From Ranitomeya imitator (taxonomy: Eukaryota): a stretch of 64,000 nt of DNA. Under the pieces are notes generated by a model. The model saw only the letters and a program-made list of their open reading frames with translations. It ran no database searches and was not told the origin of the DNA. Position numbers and translations under genes: made by a program. Below, in pieces: positions 22,609 to 34,823 of this stretch; the stretch's first letter is position 1, and each line of letters starts with the position of its first letter. The DNA is taken from positions 530,410,001 to 530,474,000 of the forward strand of contig NC_091283.1 in NCBI RefSeq assembly GCF_032444005.1. The letters are read 5' to 3'.

Positions 22609-23585
22609 TCATTTCTTTTTATAGAAGCCAGAATATAACAGCTCCTCATTAAGACCATTGGGTGCTAAACTATCTAAATTGAAAATCCATCTGGCTTCTC
22701 GACGTAAAAGTTCTTCTGTTACGTTGCCACCCCTTATATTAGTGTTAACCTTTTCCAAGCCCATGACTTTAAGAGAGTCCCCTGAGCCCGCATGGGCTTC
22801 TAAAAAATGTGCCGCCACTGATGTTAAAGCGTTGCCTTTTGCTTTGTCCGATCTCGCAGTGGCTATATTGGACAGATGTTGCTGTGTCCTACGCCGTATC
22901 TCCTGTGTCGTCTGACCCACGTAAATTTTCTCACAACCACAGACCAAGGCATAAACAACATTACGTGAATGGCAATTGAAGTATGTCTTGGACTGTATTT
23001 GTTTGGGCTGTTGTTCAACTGTAATCCCTATACCCACAATCATTTTGGGGCAAATTGAGCAGCTCCCACATGGAAAAAAACCTCTATTTGAGTGGTTGAT
23101 CTGAGTCTTGTAACTAGGCATCTATAATGGCTATTAGACAGATGGTCTTTTAGGTTTTTTGCCCTTCTTGCTACCACCTTGGGTCGATCTCCGATGAAGG
23201 GCCTTAGTTTTGGTTCACTTCTCAGGATGCCCCAATTTGCATTTAATATGCGATATATGTCACTCCACTGGTTGTTATATTGGGTGATTAAATTGATGGT
23301 ATTTGAAACATGTCTTACCCGCGATCTCAGGACCTCCTCCCTTGTCTTCTTTCTTGATAACTCAAACGCCTTTGATATAGTCCTGCGGGGATATCCTCGA
23401 TCTCGAAATCTGTCGGTCAACAGACGAGACTCCTCGATGAAGTCCTCTGTGCGGCTGCAGTTCCTCCGCAGTCTGAGGAATTGTCCTTTTGGGATTCCCT
23501 TTTTGAGGTGCATCGGGTGGAAGCTCTCAAAGTGGAGGAGGTTGTTTGTGGCTGTCCTTTTCCGGAATAGTGTGGTCCTGTTTGA
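22609..23585 (-). pseudogene. Penelope (Neptune) RT C-terminus + Cys-rich linker + GIY-YIG endonuclease, left arm
   Basis: KGIPKGQFLRLRRNCS..FRDRGYP; CGSCSICPKM; CHSRNVVYALVCGCEKIYVGQTTQEIRRR..H; LLRREARWI..L..GLNEE; frameshift near 23080. Confidence 0.9.
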
Positions 23586-24510
23586 CAAACATGGCCAGAA
23601 TAACCTTACAAAAGAAGAAAAAATTGCACTATCCAACCTAAAAAACAATGATTCAATTGAAATCAAAGAATCAGATAAAGGGGGAAACATAGTGCTATGG
23701 CCTAAGGACATGTACCTACAGGAGATCGAGGATATCCCCGCAGGACTATATCAAAGGCGTTTGAGTTATCAAGAAAGAAGACAAGGGAGGAGGCCCTGAG
23801 ATCGCTGTAAAGACCTGTTTCAAATACCATCAATTTAATCACCCAATATAACAACCAGTGGAGTGACATATATCGCATATTAAATGCAAATTGGGGCATC
23901 CTGAGAAGTGAACCAAAACTAAGGCCCTTCATCGGAGATCGACCCAAGGTGGTAGCAAGAAGGGCAAAAAACCTAAAAGACCATCTGTCTAATAGCCATT
24001 ATAGACGCCCAGTTACAAGACTCAGATCCAACCACTCAAATAGAGGTTCTTTTCCATGTGGGAGCTGCTCAATTTGCCCCAAAATGATTGCGGGCATAGG
24101 GATTACAGTTGAACAACAGCCCAAACAAATACAGTCCAAGACATACTTCAATTGCCATTCACGTAATGTTGTTTATGCCTTGGTCTGTGGTTGTGAGAAA
24201 ATTTACGTGGGTCAGACGACACAGGAGATACGGCGTAGGACACAGCAACATCTGTCCAATATAGCCACTGCGAGATCGGACAAAGCAAAAGGCAAAGCTT
24301 TAACATCAGTGGCGGCACATTTTTTAGAAGCCCATGCGGGCTCAGGGGACTCTCTTAAAGTCATGGGCTTGGAAAAGGTTAACACTAATATAAGGGGTAA
24401 CAGAAGAACTTTTACGTCGAGAAGCCAGATGGATTTTCGATTTAGATAGTTTAGCACCCAATGGTCTTAATGAGGAGCTGTTATATTCTGGCTTCTATAA
24501 AAAGAAATGA
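23585..24510 (+). pseudogene. Penelope (Neptune) RT N-terminal piece fused to C-terminus + GIY-YIG, right arm
   Basis: NLTKEEKIALSNLKNNDSIEIKESDKGGNIV (PLE IKxxDKG region) joined at about 23722 to RGYPRRTISKAF..; GIY-YIG ORF 23949..24449; stop TGA at 24508-24510. Confidence 0.88.
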
Positions 24511-25770
24511 TCTACACAGTTCCTTTCTTGGACCATGGGTGGAGAGTTTCTGCATATATTCAACTTTACCCCTCTTTTCCTCACTCATTTCTTTCTCTTT
24601 TTTCTCTTCCCAGTGATCTACTTCCTTTAACAGGTTTGATGGGACCTGGGAAAATAGCCATCCACTATGAAGACAAGAAGAAAGGAAGATCCTATAGACT
24701 GTATACTATATCTTGTTTTTTCGGTATCAGGGGGATAGCATTACTCGCACCCCAGTGGTGCTTAAGTCTATAGAGGTCCAGAGACCTATAAATGTAATAG
24801 GCATGAATATATGTTTCTCCTCACTTTCCTGGTTTGTTTGCTCGGGTTAATACAATAGGTGATTTGGGATTACGGAGTGCTATGGATCAAAAAGGGACAA
24901 GGGCCAATATATTCTAGTGTGCCCCATCTCTATGGGTTTACCACTATAACAGTAAAATTGCAGATTAGTAGAAATATGATCTAGGATCATGGTTACCATA
25001 AATAAGACGATAGTGCTAAGAGACTATGCCCCTGTATGCTACAAACTGAACATCTGTAGGTATAAAACCTGTATCTGTAAGTGATTGTATTGTGCAGGAA
25101 TACAATGAAGAAGCTAACCTCTTATCTATACTTTTGGGGTGGGACCCAAGAACTAGAGCACCCAGTGCGCAGATGCAAGTTTTGTCTTTTTGTTAGCATG
25201 GGTAAAGGTATAGGCTTGCTGTCGGACCCAATTGCGCCTGCACATATGTAGTGATAAAGCGTAGTGACTTACTGCGCAAGCACACTGGGCACCCAGTGCA
25301 CCCAGTGAACGGGCACCAATTAGAGCACCCAGTGAACGGGCGCAAGTTGATTATGCACCAGTATGGGGAAGGCTACAGGCTGGCCGCTGGACCTACTCGT
25401 GCCTGCGCATACGTAGGGACTGAGCGCAATGATTTACTGCGCAAGAATACGATCAAGAAATTATTTTCGTATCCACACTTCCGGTTTGGGTTCCAAAACG
25501 AGAGTACCCAGTGCGCAGACGCAAGCCTTTTTTATGCGCTAGCATGGGGAAAGAAACAGGCTTGCCGCCGGACCTGCTTGCGCCTGCGCATATGTAGTGA
25601 CAGAGCGCAATGACTTACTGCGCAAGCGCATCAAACCCCGCTCCTATACTTCCGGATTAAGATATCACATGCTGAAACTGCGCTTATTCCCGGCTTCTCA
25701 CACCTGAGACCAAGGTAAATAAAATTGAAATGGTTTAAATAGCGCGGATACCGCACAAGGAACATACTCA

Positions 25771-25808
25771 CCTTGAGAAAGACACCTCTGTGTGTCGGAA
25801 CACGTGGG
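25771..25808 (+). ncRNA. Degenerate hammerhead-like motif in Neptune pLTR (mirror copy at 21334-21371, minus)
   Basis: CC-TTGAGAA-A-GACAC(ctctgt)GTGTC-GGAAC-(A/G)CGT-GGG; GGAAC instead of GAAAC and no NUH triplet. Confidence 0.4.
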
Positions 25809-27313
25809 CTTCCACAGTCCTTCATATACTGGCTGCACCGCTGCTCTAAGGGACCAGGGGGCGACCGCAGAGTGACTGTAGAGGACTGTTTGGGGATAAG
25901 TATATGGCTTTCTCCTACTAAGTTGCTGTGGGCTAACTAATTGTGCACCCCGTATGGATATTATTGATTCAGAATATTGGTGGTGCTAATATGAACATCT
26001 CTGGAGATCTAACCCCAGTTATAGTCACAAATCTTATCATCTGTGTATGTGTATTTGCTTTGTTTAAAACCTGTGGGCCCAAGTGAATACTTACCACAAT
26101 ATACCAGATACAGCCCCTCTTATTATATCCAAGGTCACCAGTCCAGAGGCCCCATGATATAGATAACATTGGTATAAGATATCCAAATGCAGCATTATTG
26201 GAAGTTATGAATTGGTGCAATATTTTCTAATGCCAGAATATATGTTTGTATAAAGTAAATGTATTCTACATATAATGGTAGATTTTGTAAAAATGGAGTT
26301 ATTTACTCGTTGGAGTAATTTTAATTGTTTTTAACTGTGTGTAGTAGTACCTTGTGGAAATAAACTTTGATACTTTATTGCAACAAAAATTCTTTTGTGG
26401 AGTTCCAACCTTTGGTGGGCATGTGCTTTTTCTTTCTGAAACTTTGAGGTATACAATACATGCTCGGTAGTGAACCCATTTGTCTTATATGTGATTATTT
26501 TGGATGGTGCCCACTGAAATAGGTGTTTTCAATAAAAAGGACTGCTGCACACAAAAGTGTGGACAAAGAAACAAGAGAACTGTGTAGAAAGGAGCAACAG
26601 GATTTTTGCTTATAAAAAAGCAGTTGGTTTGCACAGCGGAGTACAAACAGCAATGCAGCTATCAGGGAGCCTTATAGGGCAGCCTAATAAGCTACAGAGC
26701 TGATGCACAAAAAAAAACTCCACTGTCCCTGCAAAGACAAGGTGGTGTTGGACAGTGGAAATCGCTACAGCTCAAGCAGTTTCAGGGTTAATCTTCCCTC
26801 CCTAACTATATCCCTTCTTCTGATGAAGCTGCAGCAACCTCTCCCTATGCTAAGATCGGCAGAAGTAAGATGGCGGTCGGCGTGCATGCCCCTTTATAGC
26901 CCCTGTGACGCCGCAGAAAGCAAGCCAATCACTGTAATGCCCTTCTCTAAGATGGTGGGGACCGAGACCTATGTTATCACGCTGCCCACACTCTGCGTCC
27001 TCCTTCATTGGATGAGAAATGGCACTGAAAGCGTAATACGAAACGCGACTTTGACGCGAAGATCGCCGACCTCATGGCCCCACACTAGGATCGGGTCGGT
27101 TTTCATGAAACCTGACTTTGCCAAAAGTCGGCGAGTTTTAAAAATGTCTGATCTGTTTCGCTCAACCCTATATAGAATATGTGCATTGTGAGCATACTAG
27201 ATGAAATGATTGAGGGCTTACCTTGATGAGAGGATCAATCTGCAGAGGATAGCGTAGAGTAGAGTCAATTTTCCTGAATTCTATAGTTTTGCGCAAATTT
27301 GAACAATTTGCAG

Positions 27314-28725
27314 CAGGGCCTGCGTTAGGAGCAGGCTGACCAGGCAGCTGCCTAGGGCCCCTGCTCCTCCAGGGACCCCAGCTGAGCCAGTGGCATGTTG
27401 CTGATAGTGGCACACCACATGGCCACTGAGGGGCCAGCCGCCCCCTCATCGCTGATTCAAAGTGGGCGTGCGATGACGTCGTTTCATCGTGCGCTACGCT
27501 GTGCCAGCACTGTAGGCAAAGAGATTGGAGCAGCAGATCCTGGAGCAGCGCAGGGAAAAAGGAGGAGAGGTGAGTATTGTGTGAGTTTGTGTATGCATTA
27601 TTCTGTGTGTGTGAGAGTGCGGGACCAGCATTATGGTGTGTGTGTGTTGGGATGGAGCTGCGCTGTGCTGTGTGTTTTGGAAGGGATCTGCACTGTACTT
27701 TGTGTTGTGGGAGGGAGCTGCACTGTACATTGTGTTGGGGGAGGGAGCTGCACTGTACTGTGTTGGGGGAGCTGCAGTATACTGTGTGTTAGGGAGGGAG
27801 CTGCACTGTACTATGTTTTGGGGGAGATAGCTGCACTGTACTGTGTGCTGGGGAGGGAGCTGCATTGTACTATGTGTTGGGGAGGGAGCTGCACTGTACT
27901 GTGTTGGGGAGCTGAACTGTACTGTACTGTGTGCTGGGAGGTAGCTGCACTGTACTGTGTGTTGGAGTGTAGCTGCACTATACTATGTGTCGGGGGAGCC
28001 GCACTATAATATGTGTTTGGGAGGAGCTGCACTATACTATGTGTTTGGGATGAGCTGCACTATACTATGTGTTTGGGCAGAGCTGCACTATAATATGTGT
28101 GGAGGGGGGCTGCATTATACTGTGTGTTTGGAGGGGGCTACATTATACTGTGTGCGGGAGAAATGCACTATACTGTGTGTGGTAGGCTGCATTATACTGT
28201 GTGTAGCTGCAGTATGCTCTGAGGGGAGCTGCAGTATTCTCTGATGAGATCTGCAGTATGATCTGAGGGCGGCTGCAGTATACTCTGAGGATGGCTGCAT
28301 TATACTCTGGGGGGGCTGCAGTAGACTGTGAGGGGACTGCATTATACTGTGTGTATGTGGGGATGCAGTATACTATGAGAGGGGCTGCAGCATACTCTGA
28401 GGGTGGGCTGCAGTATACAGTGAGGGGATCTGCATTACACTCAATCAAAGACCATTGGGAGTGCATTGTACTATATGTACTATATGGGACCTGCATTATA
28501 CTGTATCGAGGACTATCTGTCCCCATCATTTTTCCTCAGCCAGTGTAAAGAAACTCGGGAACAGGCGTCTAACAACCACAATGCCGTTGATCATGCTTGT
28601 TTAACGGCCTGAACTCTGCACCTGTAAATATAGTCGAAATGTTTGTGTGATGTAGAATATGTGAGCATTTGTGGACCCACTTTAAACTTTTGCCCAGGGC
28701 CCCACTTGCTCTAAAACCGCCCTTG
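27314..28725. mobile_element. Old hAT MITE (CAGGGCC..TAG termini) with internal ~30-bp minisatellite (about 27640-28500)
   Basis: CAGGGCCTGCGTTAG / CTAAAACCGCCCTTG; degenerate 8-bp TSD ATTTGCAG / ATCTGCAT; repeats of GAGCTGCACTGTACTGTGTG. Confidence 0.68.
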
Positions 28726-29572
28726 ATCTGCATTAAGATTCATGGTTTGCAATTAAAAAAACAACCCAGTACCACTTTACACGTGCTGCATACTCAGTTA
28801 GCAGGCTAATGGTGTGGCAGTGCGGGCTTCCCCATAGTGCCCTGACTACCGCTGACGTCACTGAGGCTGCGCAGACTCCCCGCCTGACTCGTTGAACTTG
28901 ACAGCATGGGGAAAATGTTCAGAAATTTTCCCATGCTAATGAGTTCATGTCCGATCAGGCGGGGAGGCTGCGCCGGCAGCTTTCAATTCATTCCTCTAAG
29001 GTTTACAGCCCGGCCAGTAGCATTAGCACCGCTCCGCATTGTAAAAAATATTTAACCCTTTGAAATGGATTGCAGCGTGGGACTTGACAGTAAAGCTGAC
29101 AGGTATGGGATATTGTTGCATTTTTATTTAGAATTTTTTTTACAGAAGAACAAGGGTTTCGCTTGGATTGAAACTGCAATAAAGATGTTAAACCTGTGAG
29201 TTTCATTATTTCATTAAAAGACTTTATTCTTAAAGTCAAGTTCAGTAGGCTGCTAGGATCAGCATGTGTCTACCACTCAAGGCAGTGGAACATCATGCTA
29301 GAATCTCGAGAAGACTCTACTGTGGCACCCAGAGCCCAAGGTCTGGCATAGTGGATGCCGGGCACATTGTGTTCTCTGGCATACAGGGGAAGATGGACAG
29401 GGACAAGCCAAGAGGGAAGGCAACAGATCCCAGATGCACTGCTGAACAGGAAAGGAGATCCCTGTGGCTAAATAAATGCTAGGGCTGAAGATGTGTTGTG
29501 CTAAAAAGTAAGGAACATGAAGTGCGGTGCCCTATCAAACGTATAACCACTTTATAAACTTGAACTCACTAG

Positions 29573-30668
29573 TAGTGTTGAGTGATAACTTCCGATATCC
29601 AGAAGTATCGGTATCGGATTGGATCCGCCTATATTCAAAAAATATCGGATATCGCCGATACCGATACCCGATACCAATGCAAGTCAATGGGACAAAAATA
29701 TCGGAATTAAAATAAACCCTTTCTTTCCTTGTAGGTTAATACAACATGAAGGAAAACAGCTATGAATAATGTAGGATGTATTGTGGGAGGTGGAGGAGAC
29801 ATTAAAGGAGGTTTAGGCCAATCAAATGGAATAGCAGGAATTAATTTTTTTTAAGACATTCGGAGTTACAAAGATATTGACTATGTTAAGATTTTGTATA
29901 TTTTGTCAGATATTTATGTTTCACTACTTCCATGCTCTTCACCTTCTTTTTTACTTCTCCCACACTTTCTTCTTCATCATCCTCAGCAGCAGCATCTTTT
30001 TCATCAACTTCTCCTTCACCTTATTCATCTTCTTCTTATTCTTTTTTTACATTCTTCATATTCTTTTTATTCAACTATTATTCTTCTTCATATTCAACTT
30101 CTTCATCTTCTTCATATTCTTCTTCTTCATCATATTCTTATTTGTGACAGGCCTTCCTGTAGGAACGGACTCACCCCCATACACTTCTTAGTCTTCTTCT
30201 ACTGATCCCTAATCGCATGCCACGGCCGTGACGCGGCACAGTCTGAAGAAGGCGGAAGAAGATGAGTGACAGGCGAAGATATGCACTGCGCATACCCATG
30301 AATCCCAGCCCTGCAGTGAAAATAAATCAGAAGACACTGTGGGGCGTGATCTTGGGCAGGGCGGCCGCACAGGCGCAGCCAGCCTGACAACAAATGATGT
30401 CAGAAGACGGGCAGCGCTAACTGCGCATGGCCAAGGGATAACATAACAGACAGGCTCCAGGACTGATTCAAACAATGCTGAGGAGCGGGCCTGGCGCCAG
30501 CGTGGTATGAATGACAGCTGTGCTGCATCTCATTAAAAAGGAAAGTCCCACCTCCGGGACGGTTTCACGGTATAAGGGGACACAGTCAGTGTTGACTGTG
30601 CAGACGGCACTTCTGAGCAGCAACTGGCGGTGTTGGAGCCCAGAGATTACAGTTCAGGTGGTAGAAAC
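29573..30668 (-). mobile_element. 3' terminal arm of older hAT element C (continues after element B)
   Basis: Terminus TAGTGTTGAGTGATA with repeated GATACC/GGTATC subterminal motifs and CCAATGCAAGTCAATGGG; orientation and position fit the minus-strand transposase at 44082-46270. Confidence 0.6.
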
Positions 30669-31479
30669 ATGAACACTAGGGTTGAGCGAAACGGGTCGAA
30701 CATTTTCAAAAGTCGCCGACTTTTGGCTAAGTCGGGGTTTCATGAAACCCGATCCGACCCCTGTGCGGGGTCGGCCATGCGGTACGCGACTTTCGCGCCA
30801 AAGTCGCGTTTCAATGACGCGAAAAGCGCCATTTCTCAGCCAATGAAGGTAAACGCAGAGTGTGGGCAGCGTGATGACATAGGTCCTGGTCCCCACCATC
30901 TTAGAGAAGGGCATTGCAGTGATTGGCTTGCTGTCTGCGACGTCACAGGGGCTATAAAGAGGCGTTCCCGCCGACCGCCATCTTACTGCTGCTGATCTGA
31001 GCTTAGGGAGAGGTTGCTGCCGCTTTGTCAGAAGCAGGGATAGCGTTAGGCAGGGTCCATTAACCACAAAACCGCTTGTGCTGCAGCGATTTGCACTGTC
31101 CAACACCACCCTCGGTGTGCAGGGACAGTGGAAGTTTTTTTTTTTTTTTTTTCCCCTCAGCGCTGTAGCTCATTGGGCTGCCCTAGAAGGCTCCCTGATA
31201 GCTGCATTGCTGTGTGTACGCCGCTGTGCAAACCAACTGCTTTTTTCAAAGCACAAATCCTCTTGTTCCTTCCTTTCTGCACAGCTATCTTTTTTGTTTG
31301 TCCACACTTTTTATTTCATTTGTGCATCAGTCCACTCCTTATTGCTGCCTGCCATACCTGGCTGAGATTACTGCAGGCAGGGAGATAGTAGCTGCCTGCC
31401 ATACCTGGCTGAGATTACTGCAGGCAGGGAGATAGTAATTGTAGGACATTCCCTGTTTTTTTTTTTTTTTTTTTTTGGG

Positions 31480-33040
31480 TGGGAGATTAAGATTGGCAAT
31501 TTGGCATTTCTGCTAGAGTGCCATCCCTGTGTGTGCCATCTCTCTCACATAGTGGGCCATAGAAAGCCTTTTCATTTTTCTGTATTTTTTTTTGTGGGGT
31601 GTATAAATTCTCCCTGATAAAAATACAGTGGGAGATTAATATTGGCCTTTGGGCTTGTGTGCCAGTCCTGAGTGTGCCATCTCTCTCACAAATAGTGGGC
31701 CATAGAAAGCCTATTTTTTTTTTTTTTGGGTTTTATAAATTCTCCCTGAAAAAAAGGGAGATTAATATTGGCCTCTGGGCTTGTGTGCCAGTCCTGAGCG
31801 TGCCATCTGTGCCAGCCCTGAGCGTGCCATCTCTCTCACAAATAGTGGGCCATAGAAAGCCTATTTAATTTTTTTTTTGGTTTTATAAATTCTCCCTGAA
31901 AAAAAGGGAGATTAATATTGGCCTCTGGGCTTGTGTGCCAGTTGTGAGCGTGCCATCTGTGCCAGTCCTGAGCGTGCCATCTCTCTCACAAATAGTGGGC
32001 CATAGAAAGCCTATTTAATTTTTTTTTTTGTTTTATAAATTTTCCCTGAAAAAAGGGAGATTAATATTGGCCTCTGGGCTTGTGTGCCAGTTGTGAGCGT
32101 GCCATCTGTGCCAGTCCTGAGCGTGCCATCTCTCTCACAAATAGTGGGCCATAGAAAGCCTATTTAATTTTTTTTTTGGTTTTATAAATTTTCCCTGAAA
32201 AAAGGGAGATTAATATTGGCCTCTGGGCTTGTGTGCCAGTTGTGAGCGTGCCATCTGTGCCAGTCCTGAGCGTGCCATCTCTCTCACAAATAGTGGGCCA
32301 TAGAAAGCCTATTTAAATATTTTTTTGGTTTTATAAATTCTCCCAGAAAAAAAGGGAGATTAATATTGGCCTCTGGGCTTCTGTGCCAGTCCTGAGCGTG
32401 CCATCTGTGCCAGTCCTGAGCGTCCCATCTCTCTCACAAATAGTGGGCCATAGAAAGCCTATTTTTTTTTTTTTTTGGGTTTTAGAAATTCTCCCTGGAA
32501 AAAAAAAGGGAGATTAATATTGCCCTTTGGGCTTGTGTGCCAGTACTAAGCGTTCCATCTCTCTCTCTCTCTCAGTCAGTGGGCCATAGAACGCCTATTT
32601 TTGGTTTTATTTGTTTTCTAAATTCTCCCTGAAAAAATCATTTTATTTTATTTGGTTTCTAAATTCTTCCTGATAAAATCATATTTTTTTTATTATTTTT
32701 TTTTCTAAAGTCTCCCTGAAAAAAAAAAAAAAAAAAAAAAAACAGTGGGAGATTAATATTGGCCTTTCTGCTTGTGTGCCAGTCTTGACTCCTGGGTGCG
32801 TCATCTCTCAGTCAGTGGGCCATAGAACGCCTATTTTTGGTTTTATTTGTTTTATAAATTCTCCCTGAAAAAATCATTTTATTTTATTTGGTTTCTAAAT
32901 TCTTCCTGATAAAATCATATTTTTTTTATTATTTTTTTTTCTAAAGTCTCCCTGAAAAAAAAAAAAAAAAACAACCAAAAAAAACAGTGGGAGATTAATA
33001 TTGGCCTTTCTGCTTGTGTGCCAGTCTTGACTCCTGGGTG

Positions 33041-33079
<39 letters not shown>

Positions 33080-33457
33080 ATTGTGGTCCATAGAAAGCCT
33101 ATATTTTTTTTCCTTGTTTTGGGTTCCAAAATCTACCAGAGAAAATAACTACATCAATCATTGGTAGAAAAATATTGGCCTCTGGGCTTGTGTGCCACTC
33201 CTGACTCCTGTGTGCGTCATCTCTCAGTCAGTGGGCCATAGAACGCCTATTTTTGTTTTTATTTGTTTTATAAATTCTCCCTGAAAAAATAATTTTATTT
33301 TATTTGGTTTCTAAATTCTTCCTGATAAAATCATATTTTTTTTATTATTTTTTTTTCTAAAGTCTCCCTGAAAAAAAAAAAAAAAAAACAACCAAAACAA
33401 ACAGTGGGAGATTAATATTGGCCTTTCTGCTTGTGTGCCAGTCTTGACTCCTGGGTG

Positions 33458-33494
<37 letters not shown>

Positions 33495-34283
33495 ATTGTG
33501 GTCCATAGAAAGCCTATATTTTTTTTCCTTGATTTGGGTTCTAAAATCTACCAGAGAAAATAACTACATCAATCATTGGTAGAAAAATATTGGCCTCTGG
33601 GCTTGTGTGCCACTCCTGACTCCTGTGTGCGTCATCTCTCAGTCAGTGGGCCATAGAACGCCTATTTTTGTTTTTATTTGTTTTATAAATTCTCCCTGAA
33701 AAAATCATTTTATTTTATTTGGTTTCTAAATTCTTCCTGATAAAATCATATTTTTTTTATTATTTTTTTTTCTAAAGTCTCCCTGAAAAAAAAAAAAAAA
33801 AAACAAACAAAAAAAACAGTGGGAGATTAATATTGGCCTTTCTGCTTGTGTGCCAGTCTTGACTCCTGGGTGTGCCCTCTCTCTCTCTCTCTCTCTCTCT
33901 CTCCAATTGTGGTCCATAGAAAGCCTATATTTTTTTTCCTTGATTTGGGTTCCAAAATCTACCAGAGAAAATAACTACATCAATCATTGGTAGAAAAATA
34001 TTGGCCTCTGGGCTTGTGTGCCACTCCTGACTCCTGTGTGCGTCATCTCTCAGTCAGTGGGCCATAGAACGCCTATTTTTGTTTTTATTTGTTTTATAAA
34101 TTCTCCCTGAAAAAATAATTTTATTTTATTTGGTTTTTAAATTCTTCCTGATAAAATCATATTTTTTTTATTATTTTTTTTTCTAAAGTCTCCCTGAAAA
34201 AAAAAAAAAAAAACAAACCCCCCCAAAAAATGGGAGATTAATATTGGCCTTTCTGCTTGTGTGCCAGTCTTGACTCCTGGGTG

Positions 34284-34322
<39 letters not shown>

Positions 34323-34560
34323 ATTGTGGTCCATAGAAAGCCTATATTTTTTTTCCTTGATTTGGGTTCCAAAATCTACCAGAGAAAATAACTCCATCAA
34401 TCATTGGTAGAAAAATATTGGCCTCTGGGCTTGTGTGCCACTCCTGATTCCTGTGTGCGTCATCTCTCACTCAGTGGCCCATAGAAAGCATATAGTTTGT
34501 TACATTTGTTTTCTAAATTCTCCCTGCAAAAATCTATTTTTTTTTTGGGGGGGGTTTCTA
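31480..34560. repeat. 5' internal array of element B: ~150-bp units changing to a ~415-bp higher-order unit with (CT)n and poly-A/T tracts
   Basis: GGGAGATTAATATTG at 31756, 31906, 32055, 32204, 32354, 32508, then 32747, 32989, 33406, 33821, 34232. Confidence 0.93.
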
Positions 34561-34823
34561 AAGTGTTCCTGAAAAAAATAAAAATAAAAAAAAAATAATA
34601 GTGTGACATTAATATTAACATTTGTGCTTCAGTGACAGTCCTGCGTGTGGGGCATCTCTCTAATTTGCAGCCACCAAAAAAAGAGTGTGTAACATTGGGC
34701 CTGATTTTCGCTGTGGTCTCACCAACCTGTAAAGGGGTAGCTAAATCATACTGAAGTTATAGCTCACCATGTAAGTTGTGTGACTGCAACAAATAACGTT
34801 AGTTTGGTTACGTTTTTAAAACA

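Larger units (their letters stand above)
21328..26529. mobile_element. Composite Neptune-clade Penelope insertion (inverted arm + forward copy)
   Basis: CAATAAAAA(A)GGACTG duplicated at 21312-21327 and 26530-26544; arms 21320-23404 and 23722-25822 are reverse complements; RT C-terminus, CxxCxxC linker and GIY-YIG in both arms. Confidence 0.88.
11840..27170 (-). mobile_element. Large hAT element A (decayed, with nested insertions)
   Basis: Termini TAGAGTTTAGTGA (11840) and TCGCTCAACCCTA (27170); 8-bp TSD TATAGAAT at 11832-11839 and 27171-27178; both subterminal regions mirror those of element B. Confidence 0.93.

Noticed and set aside
29877-30205. Phe/Leu/Ser-rich ORFs
   Set aside because: Low-complexity (TCT/TTC)n tract inside the hAT C arm
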